Part shown: positions 62,911-64,000 of the stretch, piece by piece | Numbering within the stretch: position 1 is the stretch's first letter | Layout of the letters: the number at the start of each line of letters is the position of its first letter | Source: Selaginella moellendorffii | Taxonomy: Eukaryota; Plantae; Lycopodiophyta | Assembly (NCBI RefSeq): GCF_000143415.4 | Contig: NW_003314327.1 | Location: 326,851-390,850, forward strand | Reading direction: 5' to 3' | DNA length: 64,000 nucleotides | Notes under the pieces: generated by a model | What the model was told of the DNA's origin: nothing | Database searches by the model: none | Seen by the model: the letters and a program-made list of their open reading frames with translations, nothing else | Position numbers and translations under genes: made by a program

Positions 62911-64000
62911 AGAACTATGTCTCACTCACCACGGGAAGGAAAGGCGTGGATTCTTGCTTCTTCGGTGGCTGTCAAGCGAAGCGAGGCCGCTGGACAACTT
63001 GGACAAGTACGCCATTCTTCTTCGCGAGTGTGGCACACTCGGGGACTACGCCAGAGGCAGGCGGCTTCACGAGAAGCTGGTGCAAGAGGGGCTTTTCGGA
63101 AGATTTCTGGGGAATCTCTTGGTGGAGATGTATGGCAAGTGTGGCAGCCTGGAGGAGGCGCGAGCGGTCTTCAACAGGATACGCACGAAGAACGTCTTTA
63201 CGTGGAATCTCATGGCCGGTGTCTACACGCAAAATGGCCGCGACAGGGAAGCCCTCCGGCTCTACAGGGAGATGTGCGTGGAAGGAGTCGCAGCCGACGA
63301 CTTCACCATCTTGGCCGTGCTCGCGGCCTGCGCGAATCTCCGCTGCTTGAAAGCTGGAAGAGCGGTTCTTGAGAGCATCAGAGGAAGCCGGATGATCCTG
63401 GAGAACTCGCTGGTGGGAAGCTCGATCGTTAGCATGCTTGGGAAGTGCGGCAGCGTCGCGGATGCCAAGAGTTTCTTCGACGACGAGCTCTCCAGCAAGA
63501 GCACGAGCTCCTGGAACGCGATGCTTGCAGCGTACTCGCAGAACAGTTTCGGAGCCGAGGCCATTCTTGTCTTCCGATCCATGCTGCTCGAGGGCGCGAA
63601 AGCGGACAGTGTGACTTTCGTGAGCGCCTGTGGAAGCATTGGAAGTCTAGCGATGGCGAGAGCTTTGCATGGAGTTGCCCGTAGCGGCGGCCTGGAGAGC
63701 GATTCTATCGTCGGGAACGCGCTGGTGAGCATGTATGGGAGATGCAAGAGCTGCGAGGATTCGAGGAACGTCTTCGACCGGCTAGCGGTGAGGAACATCG
63801 TCTCCTGGACTGCGATGATCTCGGCCTATGGACAGTGCGGCCATCACCGAGAAGCGCTGGAACTCTTCGAGGCGATGGACTGCGAGCCGGACAGGGTAGT
63901 GCTTGCCAGCATCCTGGATTCCTGCGGCAGCCTCTGCGATCTGGATTCCGGGAGGAGGATTCACGAGCGCTACTGCAAGGCACTGGAGGAGAAGTCCGTC
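62870..64000 (+). CDS. PLS-class PPR protein, runs off the window end
   Basis: KYAILLRECG..GRRLHEKL..FLGNLLVEMYGKCGSLEEARAVF..NVFTWN, VSWTAMISAYGQCGH; upstream RRGFLLLRWLSS is presequence-like; start codon uncertain. Confidence 0.85.
   Translation, partial: MTLRRCQGIELYYRELCLTHHGKERRGFLLLRWLSSEARPLDNLDKYAILLRECGTLGDYARGRRLHEKLVQEGLFGRFLGNLLVEMYGKCGSLEEARAVFNRIRTKNVFTWNLMAGVYTQNGRDREALRLYREMCVEGVAADDFTILAVLAACANLRCLKAGRAVLESIRGSRMILENSLVGSSIVSMLGKCGSVADAKSFFDDELSSKSTSSWNAMLAAYSQNSFGAEAILVFRSMLLEGAKADSVTFVSACGSIGSLAMARALHGVARSGGLESDSIVGNALVSMYGRCKSCEDSRNVFDRLAVRNIVSWTAMISAYGQCGHHREALELFEAMDCEPDRVVLASILDSCGSLCDLDSGRRIHERYCKALEEKSV

Overview
Gene-dense plant nuclear DNA, most consistent with the lycophyte Selaginella (inferred from GC-rich exons, many 45-100 nt introns, very short intergenic gaps and PLS-class PPR genes). 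It holds about 23 protein-coding genes: cytochrome c, CWC21, a cyclophilin, an ELO elongase, DEAD-box helicase RH16, a secreted Gnk2/DUF26 protein, a DUF688 protein, ZGPAT, SNU114, an ABHD11-like hydrolase, cytosolic LeuRS, a TolB-like propeller, a DYW-PPR, PMS1, a plastid protein of unknown function, ARMC6, an F-box/MYND protein, ClpR1, prefoldin 3, an F-box/kelch protein, a second PPR that runs off the window, and three orphans. Between them are AT-rich decayed transposon islands (LINE, copia), two tRNA pseudogenes, one 100-N gap and at least six locally duplicated gene remnants eroded by small deletions. The most notable leads are: (1) a spliced, in-frame, Arg-rich N-terminal extension on cytosolic LeuRS that could target it to mitochondria; (2) an apparently intact six-exon orphan with a PD-(D/E)XK/REase-like core between duplicated ZGPAT copies; (3) reciprocal gene loss in a tandem [kelch+PPR] duplication; (4) a DYW-PPR whose terminal DYW tripeptide is replaced; (5) six telo-box-type head-to-head promoters, one shared by two spliceosome genes. 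Exon boundaries were read by eye, and no database searches were run.
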